Below, one piece after another: positions 1 to 12,600 of a stretch of 64,000 nt of DNA. Source of the stretch: Mizuhopecten yessoensis (taxonomy: Eukaryota); assembly GCF_002113885.1 (NCBI RefSeq), contig NW_018407390.1, positions 2,971,208-3,035,207 of the forward strand. Direction: 5' to 3'. The notes under the pieces are model-generated. The model did not search any database and was not told where the DNA came from. It saw only the letters and a program-made list of their open reading frames with translations. Positions within the stretch are counted from its first letter, which is position 1; the number at the start of each line of letters is the position of its first letter. A program made the position numbers and the translations under genes.

Positions 1-506
1 ATGTCTAAACGTAGTACAAATCTGGGACCAATCACATGTCTAAACGTAGTGCAAACCTGGGACCAATCACATGTCTAAACGCAGTACAAATCTGGGACCA
101 ATAACATGTCTAAACATAGTACAAATCTGGGACCAATCACTTGTCTAAACGTAGACGAATCTGGGACCAATCACATGTCTAAACGTAGAGCAAACCTGGG
201 ACCAATCACATGTCTAGACATAGTGCAAATCTGGGACCAATCATATGTCTAAACGTAGGACAAATCTGGGACCAATAACATGGCTAAACATAGTACAAAT
301 CTGGGACCAATCATATGTCTGAACGTAGACGAATCTGGGACCAATCACTATCTAAACGTAGAGCAAACCTGGGACCAATCACATGTCTAAACGTAGAGCA
401 AACCTTGGACCAATCACTTGTCTAAACGTAGTACAAATCTGGGACCAATTACATGTCGTTGGCCGTTTTATTGGTCATGTCTAAACGTAGTAAAGATCTG
501 GGACCA
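1..506. repeat. ~35-bp minisatellite (ACATGTCTAAACGTAGTACAAATCTGGGACCAATC), ~14 copies, in TARS intron 19, runs off window
   Basis: Directly visible tandem periodicity. Confidence 0.95.
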
Positions 507-581
507 GAAGGCCTAGAAGTAGTAGACCTTTGATTAATTATTCAACAAATTATACTTGAATATTTGTCGTAACATCTTTAC

Positions 582-696
582 CTAGGATGAAGTTGTACTG
601 AGCCAGCTGACAATTGCGGACCTTCTTATTGAGCGTGGTACCCTCGTCAACATCAACATCACACATGAAGCCAGCATCATGGATTTGCTTCTTCAC
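582..696 (-). CDS. TARS1: TARS exon 19, [15 protein letters not shown]...[17 protein letters not shown]
   Basis: tttataag acceptor, G|gtaaag donor; anticodon-binding domain. Confidence 0.96.
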
Positions 697-3600
697 CTTA
701 TAAACAAGAGCAGAATATATATGAAGTGCTGAGAATTAATTCTCAAATTCAGATAACAGTTGTTTAGCATGCCATCAAATCCCTGGGGTAAGTGAATGTT
801 TAAGATGTTTTCTATTCTCTGGTGACGAACATATATTAAGTCATTTTTTGTTATCATGCGCTTAGGATATCTCAAAAACATTTCTGAGATTTCCCTCTGA
901 TCACAAATTATAACTATCTATAATAATCATAGTAACTGATATGGTTATGCAACTAATTTTCAATTATTGTCTACTTTGAAAACACTATGTATCAATGTCA
1001 AAGGTTTATGTCGGTATAATGCTGTAAATGAATGTTTGTCTGCGGCTTGACTAATATACCTTGCTTTGTCCTCTAAAATCCTCATACATGCCATATCTAA
1101 CGATTTGAGTGTGAGACTCACAAAAAATACACATCTGTCCCAAACTTTAATCAGTCCCACAAAATCAACCGATTTTGGTTCATCTAGCTACAGTATAACA
1201 TAAACCATAACACTATGGTAAGTGCAATATTATTTTCGTTTTTAATGTCATAAATTCCTCACTAATTCAGGGTAAAAATCTCAACTGATCTCACTACTTT
1301 GCACCAGAAAGTATTTGCCTGTGAATCCTGCTTTGATACAACCACATGCCTAAAGACAGTAATGACCTCTGTACAAGTCACTCTTTACGTCAAGTACCTA
1401 CCTCATTGGCGTAGTCATTGTACGTGGCTGCCACTGGAATCACAACAGCTTGGCGTGGAGACAGCCAGAAAGGCCTGGACAGCAATATAGAACAATGTTT
1501 AAAAAAATACCTGCATGTTCTTCTACTCGATTTGTCTCGGTGAGAAATATTATTTAGTTACGTCTTGATATAGCTATTGAGCAAGAATTTTCCAGACTGG
1601 ACAAATATTGTTCAACATTGATGCATAATTGGTATTTCTGGAAATGAAAATATGTGATCCCTAATTTAAAAAAAAAATCTTACATTGAAAGTTTCCTTTT
1701 TTCGTTACTAAGATATGTTTCACCATTTTTACTAATACTATGTAAATGACATTAGTTTCATTATTTGCCTACTGTGTTAACTTACCACTTGCCACTATAA
1801 TTCTCACACAAGATGGCGATCATCCTCTCCACAGAGCCAAGGACAGCTCTGTGGATTATCACTGGCCGCTTCTTTTCTGCAGCGTCCTCACCGCTGTGAT
1901 ATACACAAAATGATTTTCTTAGCTATTTTACATATGACAATCAGCATGTAGGCTAGTCCTATACTACAACAAACCTCGATATTCATGCATGAATTCAGTT
2001 ACATGTGTTCCTGCATAGGTTTCTTTAAGCAGATCAGCAAAACTTTATATTGAAAAATGGAAATTGTGTTTTTGGCAACTCACGTGACATAAGAAAGGTT
2101 GAAGCGGAGAGGTAGTTGAAAGTCCAGCTGTATCGTGGCAGTCTGGTGAGCACGCTTCAGTGCATCCATGATTGTAATATCAATCTAAAAAAAACACATT
2201 ACAGCTTTACCCAGATAACAAAAAACACAATTGTAAAGACCAGTCAGATAATCTGGGTCCAGAAAGCAGTCGAATTGGTAAGAAACAATGTATTATTCTA
2301 TCTCAAGATATAGAAATAATTTTTGAACATACCTTTGGTCCATAGAAGGCACCGTCCGCGGGATTCAGCACCCATCCTTCTCCGAATTCATTCAAACATT
2401 CCTCAAGTTGCTGATAACAAATTAAATGCATTTATTTAATTTTCATACTTAAAGTGTGAAAGCTTGTACACAAAATTTATACCTATTAAATGTTATTGTG
2501 AAATCAGATATATTGGGGGGGCCAATTTCGTGGTGTCCCGAAAGTTATCGGGGTACATGAATTCGTGGATCACCAAATACCCATTCAAACGGAGAATGCT
2601 GTTAGTCAAGCTTGTAATTACATCTTAATTTTATAGATTACCGATGATATCAGCAGAATTGAAGAAAAAAAAACCCAGGAAAATTAGTGATTTTACAGTA
2701 ATAACAAGACTTCTTGTTGGTGAGGAAGATCAATTTCTTGCTACAAACATTATTTATACATTGGTATGTAAGGGAATTCTACTATGAAGTGATTAATACA
2801 AATGGGATCCAAACACATTTTCAATTAACTTCTTTCTATTTTACTTTTAAACTTGAAATCTTAAATCTATGTGGATTCTTCCAATATTCACTGATCTATA
2901 TGTATACTTTTTGGGCTTGTTTAACCCAAATCATCAATCAAAATGTGATCTCTCAGGACATAGTCACATTTTATGAAATATATATTACTTATTGAGTGAA
3001 CAAGGTTTGTCAAATAAATTTACTTTTTACACAACTTTTATACACAGTATATTAGATAATTTTAAACACATAATTGTAGGTCGAAAGAAACATTCACCTT
3101 CTCTGCCTCATTCCAAATGGAAATATCTCCCAAAAATTTCTCAGGACGAGTGGACAGATTGAGTTTGAAGGTAAATCCAAACACACCATACGCATGCCTC
3201 AGGAAGTCGAGACAACCAGCAATCTCCTCCTTGATCTAAATACAAAAATAAAATATGGATGACTTTGGGGTGTGAAAATAGACAAGTGTCTGAAATAAAA
3301 CAAAAGGCCAAAAGGCCTGAATAGCTCTGACACATGCTTTTAGCCACAATTATATTGATTATGACACATGTGTATCAAATGAGGGAAATAAAAACAAACT
3401 AGAATCCAACAGAAACTTAGTAATGAATCTCTATAAATATCTAACCTTATTCGTATATTAGGTCTAAAAATATCCTCAGACTGTTGGACATTATTATCCT
3501 TATTTCTGTTGTTTCGCCCAGCCCTACTCAGTGCCTTTCTGCCTACTTAGTCCCCTTAAACCAAGGATGTTCTATACCAACTTATATCAAAAGGCTGTCT

Positions 3601-6600
3601 ATAAAATCATACTCTACTTTACCTATATGTGGCCCTGTCCTGCCCCTCGAAGGTCACAGCCTTCATTTATATCAAGTCCCAGCAATACTCCCTATCAAAC
3701 TTGGTCAAAATCTACTCCATTCCAACTAGTTAAAAAGTTGTCAAATTGGCAGAAGGATAATGCAAATAACCAACTTATGAGACCATAGTGTGTGAGATTC
3801 CTATCTCCCACATACACCATAAATCAATGAACTTATTCCTTTGTAAAGAGCAAACCGTTTAGAGGGTATATGGTTCAGACCGCCCAAATACAAAGTATAT
3901 AGAACCAAGTCTTGACAACAACAAAGTGCTGGAATCTGACCTGGTCTGGTCTACAGAATATGTGGGCGTCATCCTGCTGGAACCTTCGGACACGGGTCAA
4001 GCCGCTAAGTGCACCCTTGATCTCGTTTCTGTGTAATACACCAAAGTCGGCCATTCTCACTGGCAGCTCTTTCCAGGAACGTGGACGTACATCAAACATC
4101 AAACTGAAACAGACAAGTATAAATAAATTACTTAACCTATAGAGAACTTTTAAATGTTTGAATTACAAGGACATCCATTTCTTCTTTTAATTAATATCTT
4201 TAACTCAACCTGAATAAATATGAACCCTTTGATTAGAGCTCCTCGGAAATAAATGTGAAAGTATATACTGGTATAAACAGTAAACTGACAATAACTTGTT
4301 GTGTTTATTAATATTTAATCTATGTAGTTTAACTAGACAAAGGTAACATCACATAACTGATATTGTTTTGCAGCTGTTAACTTAAGACAGATGTAAATAC
4401 AAGTATTCATAAGTTGTCAATTGAAAATGAAGTTTTGAGTGTAATAACTTTCAAATCATTTAAGAATTGAGGAAATACTGTTATCACATTAACAAGAGGC
4501 CCAATGGGCTTGCATCATTCACCTTTTATTAATCTCACACTTGTGATCTTAAAAGTGAACTAAAATAAAGCTAAAAGCAAAATATCTAGAACCTGTTAAA
4601 TGATTTAAACACACACAACCCTGGGTCTTTGGTTATTTAAGGGAACTTGTTCAAAGGTTTTCAAGATAACTGACCCCTGTAACCATGAAAATGGGTGAAG
4701 GTCATTCATTTGAACATTTTGGTAGACGTTTCTCCCAACATTTTACTGGTCAATTATCATCACCCTGGAACTATTGGCTATTCAGAAGAAGTTGTTTAGA
4801 AATTCCACATCTTTGACCTCTGTGACCTAAAACTCATACTGTTTTGTATGAAAACCAAGAGTCACATCAAAGTGTGTGTCTGAAATATATGTCAGCATAT
4901 AAAAGGATCTAAACATATTGCTATGATATGTTCTTAAACCAGGTTGTTGTGCATTTTTCATAGGTCTCAAAGCGGTTCACAAATTATTATCCGTGGTTAT
5001 AGGGCCTTTGCAACCAGCCAATATTTTTCTCAACTTCCTGGGGAGCATACAACCGGAGCTGCCATTTCGGTGCTTACAGCTAGCATTCAACAATGTACTC
5101 ATTTACAGCTAAGTAGACTGGAACAAGCGGAGTAAAGTATCTTGCTCAAAGATACAACACAGTGCCGTGCCATGACTCGAACCAGCAATCCTTCGATTAC
5201 GAGCCTGGCATCCTACCACTAGACTACCATGCCTCCAGATGGGTTGATATACAGAAGTCCAAAAAAGTTCTTGTGAGGACTGTGGAGTGTGCCATATGTA
5301 CACAAAGTTTATCACAGACCTTGTTCATGATATGTGTCACAGTCTGCTAGTTATGCTTGTTTATTGTTCAATGTCCTTGTAATAGCTAAGGTAATATATG
5401 TATGAAGATTGACTTGTCAGAAATGAAATGAGAATAAGTTAATGGCACCTATCACCTGATAGTGGCTGCCTGTAATTTCCATTGTAACACATAAATGAAC
5501 TATAAACATCATTCATAACTAATCAATTGTTATTTCACAAATTTCGTAAATCTGCTACTCTGAAGTCTTACCAGTGGCCAGGACAGTTCATGGGTTTGAG
5601 GGCAAACTTTTCCTTGTCAACGTCACACACGAACATGTTGTCCTGTTTAAAACAGCAAACACACAATGTCATAAAAGTATGGAAACCATGTGAGTCTGAC
5701 CAACTCTATACTGTGTTGGCCTGAACACTATACCGTGTTGGCCTGAACACTATACCGTGTTGGCCTGAACACTATACCATGTTGGCCTGTAGGTGTTTAG
5801 ATATAATGAATTCTGTAACTTAGCTACCAATCAAAACCTCTGGCATATGATAGATTTCATATTTAAACAGCAAAATTGCTTTACTTCAATTATAAAGTAT
5901 TTATGTTTATCAGAATATCCACATATAATAGTTCTAATACAAACAAATTAAAAAATGCTTCCATATTGAAATAGCCATCAAACTGTTCATGTTACTCAAG
6001 AAAAAGAACAGCCCCTGGGAAATACCATCACTCTTATAAAGTCATAAAAGTTAATATTTACACCACATTGTATTGCAGAGCTATGAATAAATTGCATCAA
6101 CGTATGATGTAAGTGTGACGGGAATGTAAATATTATGGTATATTTCTGCTATAAACATAACCATGTGAAAACGTAATTTCTACAAATAATGTGGATAACA
6201 CACTCTGTTGGACATGATATTTTTAACTTACATCATTATGTTGCCAGTCACCGGACTGTTGCCAGAGCTTGCTGTTGTAAATATTAAACCTACATCATAA
6301 TGTTGCCAGTGACCGGACTGTTGCCAGAGCTTGCTGTTGAAAATGTTGGGAGACACAACTTCTTGGAAACCTCTCTTTTTGTATTCACCCTGAAATTGGA
6401 GAAATCAAACGTTCCTGTTATCAGATTAAAATGTTGCTTTTTTTCAATTTCCAAGAAAACAGTAAGGGTTGTTTCGTTATTTATTGTTAAAACCAGATCC
6501 ACCTACCATTCCTTATATTAAATGCTTAAAATTTTATGGATGGTTTGGACCCTGAAAAAGTGCCCTCATTCCTAATGTACTGTTAATTCTGGAACACCCT

Positions 6601-9600
6601 TTAAATATGTACTACACATGTATTACAGCCTTACCCATATAGATACCTACTACACATGTATTACAGCCTCACTCTTATATATATCTACTACACATGTATA
6701 ACAGCCTCACCCTTATATATATCTACTACACATGTATTACAGACCCACCCATATAAATATCTACTACTCATGTATTACAGACTCACCCTTATAAATATCT
6801 ACTCACATGTATTACAGCCTCACCCTTATAAATATCTACTACACATGTATAACAGCCTCACCCTTATAAATATGTACTACACATGTATTACAGCCTCACC
6901 CTTATAAATATCTACTACACATGTATTACAGCCTCCCCCTTATAAATATCTACTACACATGTATAACAGACTCACCCTTATAAATATCTACTCACATGTA
7001 TTACGGCCTCACCCTTATAAATATCTACTACACATTTATAACAGCCTCAACCTTATAAATAACAACTACACATGTATTACAGCCTCACCCATATATATAT
7101 CTACTACACATGTATTACAGCCTCACCCATATATATATCTACTACACATGTATTACAGACTCGCCCATATAAATATCTACTACACATGTATAACAGCCTC
7201 CCCCTTATAAATATGTACTACACATGTATTACAGCCTCACCCATATATATATCTACTACACATGTATTACAGACTCACTCTTATAAATATCTACTACACA
7301 TGTATTACAGACTCGCCCATATAAATATCTACTACACATGTAAAACAGCCTCACCCTTATAAATATCTACTGCTCATGTATTACAGACTCACCCATATAA
7401 ATCCCTACTACACATGTATTACAGCCTCACTCTTATATATATCTACTACACATGTATAACAGCCTAACCCTTATAAATATGTACTACACATGTATAACAG
7501 CCTCACCCTTATAAATATGTACTACACATGTATTACAGCCTAACCCTTATAAATATCTATTACACATGTATTACAGCCTCACCCTTATAAATAACCCTTA
7601 TAAATATCTACCACACATGTGTAACAGCCTCACTCATATAAATATCTACTACACATGTATAACAGCCTAACCCTTATAAATATGTACTACACATGTATTA
7701 CAGCCTCACCCTTATAAATATCTGCTACACATGTATTACAGACTCACCCATATAAATCCCTACTACACATGTATTACAGCCTCACTCTTATATATATCTA
7801 CTACACATGTATAACAGCCTCCCCCTTATAAATATGTACTACACATGTATAACAGCCTCACCCATATAAATATCTACTACACCTTTATAACAGCCTCAAC
7901 CTTATAAATAACAACTACACATGTATTACATACTCACCCATATAAATACCTACTACACATGTATTACAGCATCACCCTTATAAATATCTACTACACATTT
8001 ATAAAAGCCTCAACCATATAAATATCTACTACACATGTATAACAGACTCACCCTTATAAATATCTACTACACATTTATAAAAGCCTCAACCATATAAATA
8101 TCTACTACACATGTATAACAGACTCACCCTTATGAAGTCTACAAGAGTGTTGTATATATGAGCTCCTTTGGGGAGGAAGAAACAGCTCCCAGGACTCCAC
8201 TCGTGGAAGAAAAACAATTCTTGTTCCTGAAAAACAGAACATAATACCATGATCATTTTGAAAAGAACTGATTTCATAATTTCCTTAAATAGTTCTTGTC
8301 ATATATGTCATAAATTTAATGGAAGCTACATGTAAGATGTAAGATTAAGCTAGATTCAAATTTTAAATTTCTGAATATAAAAGAAGAAAGAGATCAGCTA
8401 GATAAAGGGTGAAAAGTTAGAGACCATGGCATAAAATTCCCTTCCATGTAGCATTTTGTATGACCTACCCTCCCAAGTTTACGATGGTCCCGTTTTGCGG
8501 CCTCCTCCTGGATGTGTTTCCACTCCTTAAGCTGTTTGGGATCGGGGAAAGAAATACCATACACTCTCTGCAGATTCTCAGCATCAGCCTTACCTTCCCA
8601 GTATGTGGAGGAATTCTAGAAAACAAAGGCCATGTTAAAGGCATGACTTAAAAACTTTTTTCCAGCGTCAACAAAAATGTAACAAGTGTGTTGAAGCAAA
8701 GCTCACTAACCTGAAGAATATTAGAAAAAAAAAAAATTGTAAATGGTAATTAAATTGTAACCGTCATCAGAACAATGTACATAAAGTCAGCAATTAAACC
8801 ACACAAGAACAGTCACATCTGAACTGTGGGCGTTGTCCTTTACAAGAATTTTGTTGGTTTTAATTTCCTCTGCAAGAAAACTTATTCTTTTTTTGTCATA
8901 ATTTAGCTGATATGAGCAGCACTAGCACAGCTATAAGAACTGTTGTAAGACACCATCTTCATTTCTGGAATACACCTTACAAAACAGAAGTTTGCTATTA
9001 AAATGACATCGGCCAGGGCAAAATCTATCTTCTTGCTCAGACATTAGTGGTCATGTTTGATCCCGTTATTGTATATATGTATGTATATTGGTAATGTGGC
9101 ACTATCTATATCTAAAGACACTACACAGGTGTTGTATAATAACTAGTTACCTTGGTCACAGCCATAGCCTTGATTTTGCCCGTGTGTCGGACATGGGGAC
9201 CTCGACACAAGTCAATCAGGGGACCACACCTATCAACATAACACATCATTACTTTCTGTGTAAAACATGTAATCATAAAAAAATCAATTTATTAGTTTCT
9301 TTTCAAAGAAACCGTCGATATTTATATTTCTTCTTCTTTTTATAGTGTGCTATTTGTGCTGATTATCAACAATTTATTACTCCCAAATCTAGTTTATAGT
9401 TTAAAATGTAAGTGTCTCTCTATCCAGCAGTGTCTTCTACACTTACTTGTAGACAGTGGTGGTGGGAGTGGTCACTTTCTCGTTTAAGATCCTCTGCTTG
9501 AATTTGTTATACTGTAAAGACAAAACATAAATAGCATTACCATTTACATGAATTGAATTGACTCTCCGGGAGAAAACAGACATGCATAATTGTAATTCAA

Positions 9601-12600
9601 CTTAACCTTTATAATCTGAATGAGTCACTTCTATTATGATGGTAACATGTTTAAGTTACATATCAGGAAGACACAATGGTAAAACTATTGATGGTGATGT
9701 AAACAACGACAAGTATGAGAAAACTGATATGGATTCTGCCAAGTCGCACATTCTGGGAGGGAGAAATACATAATTTAATGTCTTCTGAAGTTCTTTCCTC
9801 TTGATGCCACATATTTCCCCTTCAATATCATGTAAAGTGACAATGAGTAGGACCTTCAATACAAGAACTCTGATAAACTAGTCATCAGTTGTATGCTGAT
9901 GCAGTGACATGACCACCACAGTGGTGTGTACCTCAAGGGACCTGTAATTAGTGGGGTGACCGACTGGCTAACAGGTCAACAGGTGTTCAGCAAAGAATCT
10001 GAGGAGAACACCGAAATAGTACAGTTACAATTGGTAGATTAAACTTAACTTAACTAAAACATCTATTTAATATTATAACTGTGAAGTAGTCCTGGGAAAA
10101 AATTCTACTTTGTTAACATGTTGTTGTTTCAAATTTCCTACAATGAAAATCAGTGGATGGAAATCTAGTATAAATCTATATAGCTACCAGATTGGCATCT
10201 CTGGAGGTTGGCAGCCCTGTTCCTATACTATAGTTCAGTTAAGTATCGGTCAAAGTGTACTTTAATATAGAGTCAAGCCGTTACCAGATTTCTCACATGA
10301 TTCTACATTCATTCATGAACTTACAGCAAACATCTTCAGAAGGTTTTCCTTGGTCATAACAAGGCGTTCAAAGGGCTGCTTCTCCTTCACGATGCTCTTC
10401 ACCATCCCATCCATCACAGGGTAGTCCTCACTGGACACCGTCCTGTAAATACAAAACACACAACTCACCACCAAATCTGCAAACTTTTTCACACACTTAA
10501 CCATTCATCCGAGATCTGGAATACGATAGATTTCAGGGTTTGTTGGTGTTTATGTCCTATCAACAGTCTTGGGTCATTTTAGGGCGTGTTATATTTTGAT
10601 GGTGGAGGAAAACCAGAGTACCTGGAGAAAAAGCACCGACATACAGGCAGTACCTGGCGACTATCCCAGGTAAGCATTGAACCTGTGACCTAGTGATCAA
10701 GATTAACAAGGGGTTAATGACTGTAGACGGTCAGAGGCCTTAACCACTCGGCCAACGCAGCCCTATGAGGTTTTAGATATTGACACATATATGCACTGAT
10801 CTGAGAATATTTACCAACGCCAAATGCAGACTAGGTTAAAATATGGTTTAGATGAGGCGTATTAATTACAGACCCACTGTAACTAAGGTCCACAAAAGTG
10901 TTGAATCACTCTTAATCAAAAGCCATTAATATTCCTATATACTTTCAAAAGGGACCCCAGATATACTCACAAATCCATTTCAAGCTATGCATAAATATGA
11001 CTTCATTTGTAAAATACCTGGTTTTCATTCATATCAAAGTTCTATATGACGTTTAACAGTTCTATACAAAGATTGGGGTGTGATTGGAAGCACATTTGTA
11101 AAATCTATAACAACCTGTTCTATTGTTAGAACAGCATCTGTAACCTATTTACAGACTCCGACCCAGTGGTGGGTACACTGTAAAGATAATACACCATGCC
11201 AATACACCTGATGACTTACTTGTCGCCTGACCACATGTCGTAATAGAAGCCTCCCTCTATAGGGGGACCATAACAAAGATGTCCCCCGTAAAGTCGCTCC
11301 ATTGCTTCTCCCAATATGTGAGCACTGGAGTGCCGGAAAACATATTCACCTTAAAAACAAGACATGTTTGTAAGAAAACAGACTTTATCACAATTTACAA
11401 ACATGTATATCATGTACTATTCATCGCAACAGAGAACTAGTAGATTTTGTGTCCGGTGAACATTTTTAATACTTACTGGAACATATATGTTTCGCTAGTA
11501 GAATTTATATAGTTATTCCTACAGGCTAGTACTTGAAATACATTTTTTTCAATTGAAGCAATTATGGTCTTATAACCCAGAATGCCAAATTAATCAGTTT
11601 GTTTTAAGCACAATTTGTTTAATAATATTTATTTGAAACATTAGACTTCACACAAGGTTGACCTGTGCATGCTTGTTGTAACAAGAGGCTGAAAAGGCCT
11701 GTATCGCTTACTTGTTTCTCTTGTAATCATGACTGAACTAGAAAAGTATCTACAATGCTTCTGCTAACTAGAGACCACACGAGTCATCTCAGGTTTCTTG
11801 TTTACCCAATTATAAACACTTTGTAAGGACTATAACAAAAACATTTGTATGAAGATTGGCTTGAAACTAATCTGGTTGAATAGTAACCTTGCTTAGCTCT
11901 TCTGTTAAAGGGGCTGGTCGGGGAAAAAATGTCATATTTGCTAAAATGGCTTACACATGTTTAAAATACCTTCTTATAAAATAAACAGATACAAATTTTG
12001 CTGAAATTCACTCCCAAAGAGAAAAAATTATAATTATATTAAAGAAATCCTAAATCGTCACCTAACAGTCTAAAACTCTCAATTGACTCAGATCAGTGAT
12101 GTAATTTTACCGCACGCGCGTCATCAACAAGGCCAAATGTAAACATCTCGGAGAAAGAAAAAGATGCACGCAAAAGTCATGACAGGCACGAGGTATCAAT
12201 ACCGTTATATTTAACAACATATAGGTAGGAATACTACACTTCCATCATACATGACCTTTGAAAACAATTATTTACGTATAGTATTGCTGTCTTGTCCGAC
12301 ATGGCACATGACGGCGTGCTATTGTTGTTATCTTCACTGCCTCACTTTCGAAACAACCTCGTGACATATATAAATAGATCTGCGCTAAATTTACGCGGGG
12401 CTTCCCCGATATTTCAGTGGTCAAAACTCAACATTGCAAGCACAACTCGGCCATCATATTGCCGTGGTATAACTTTTGGAAGGCCAGAGACCGCATTTAG
12501 ACCCATTTATTTTGTAATTTTTTCCCCAACCAGCCCCTTTAAGGGGTCAGAAGAACACGCTATTTACTGGATCTGGTACAGAAGACTACTATAAATAATT

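Noticed and set aside
5160-5236. Functional tRNA-Thr gene
   Set aside because: Acceptor and anticodon stems are broken, and it continues into SINE core and tail.
6656-7362. Tyr/His-rich plus-strand ORFs
   Set aside because: Translations of the 38-bp intronic minisatellite, antisense to TARS.
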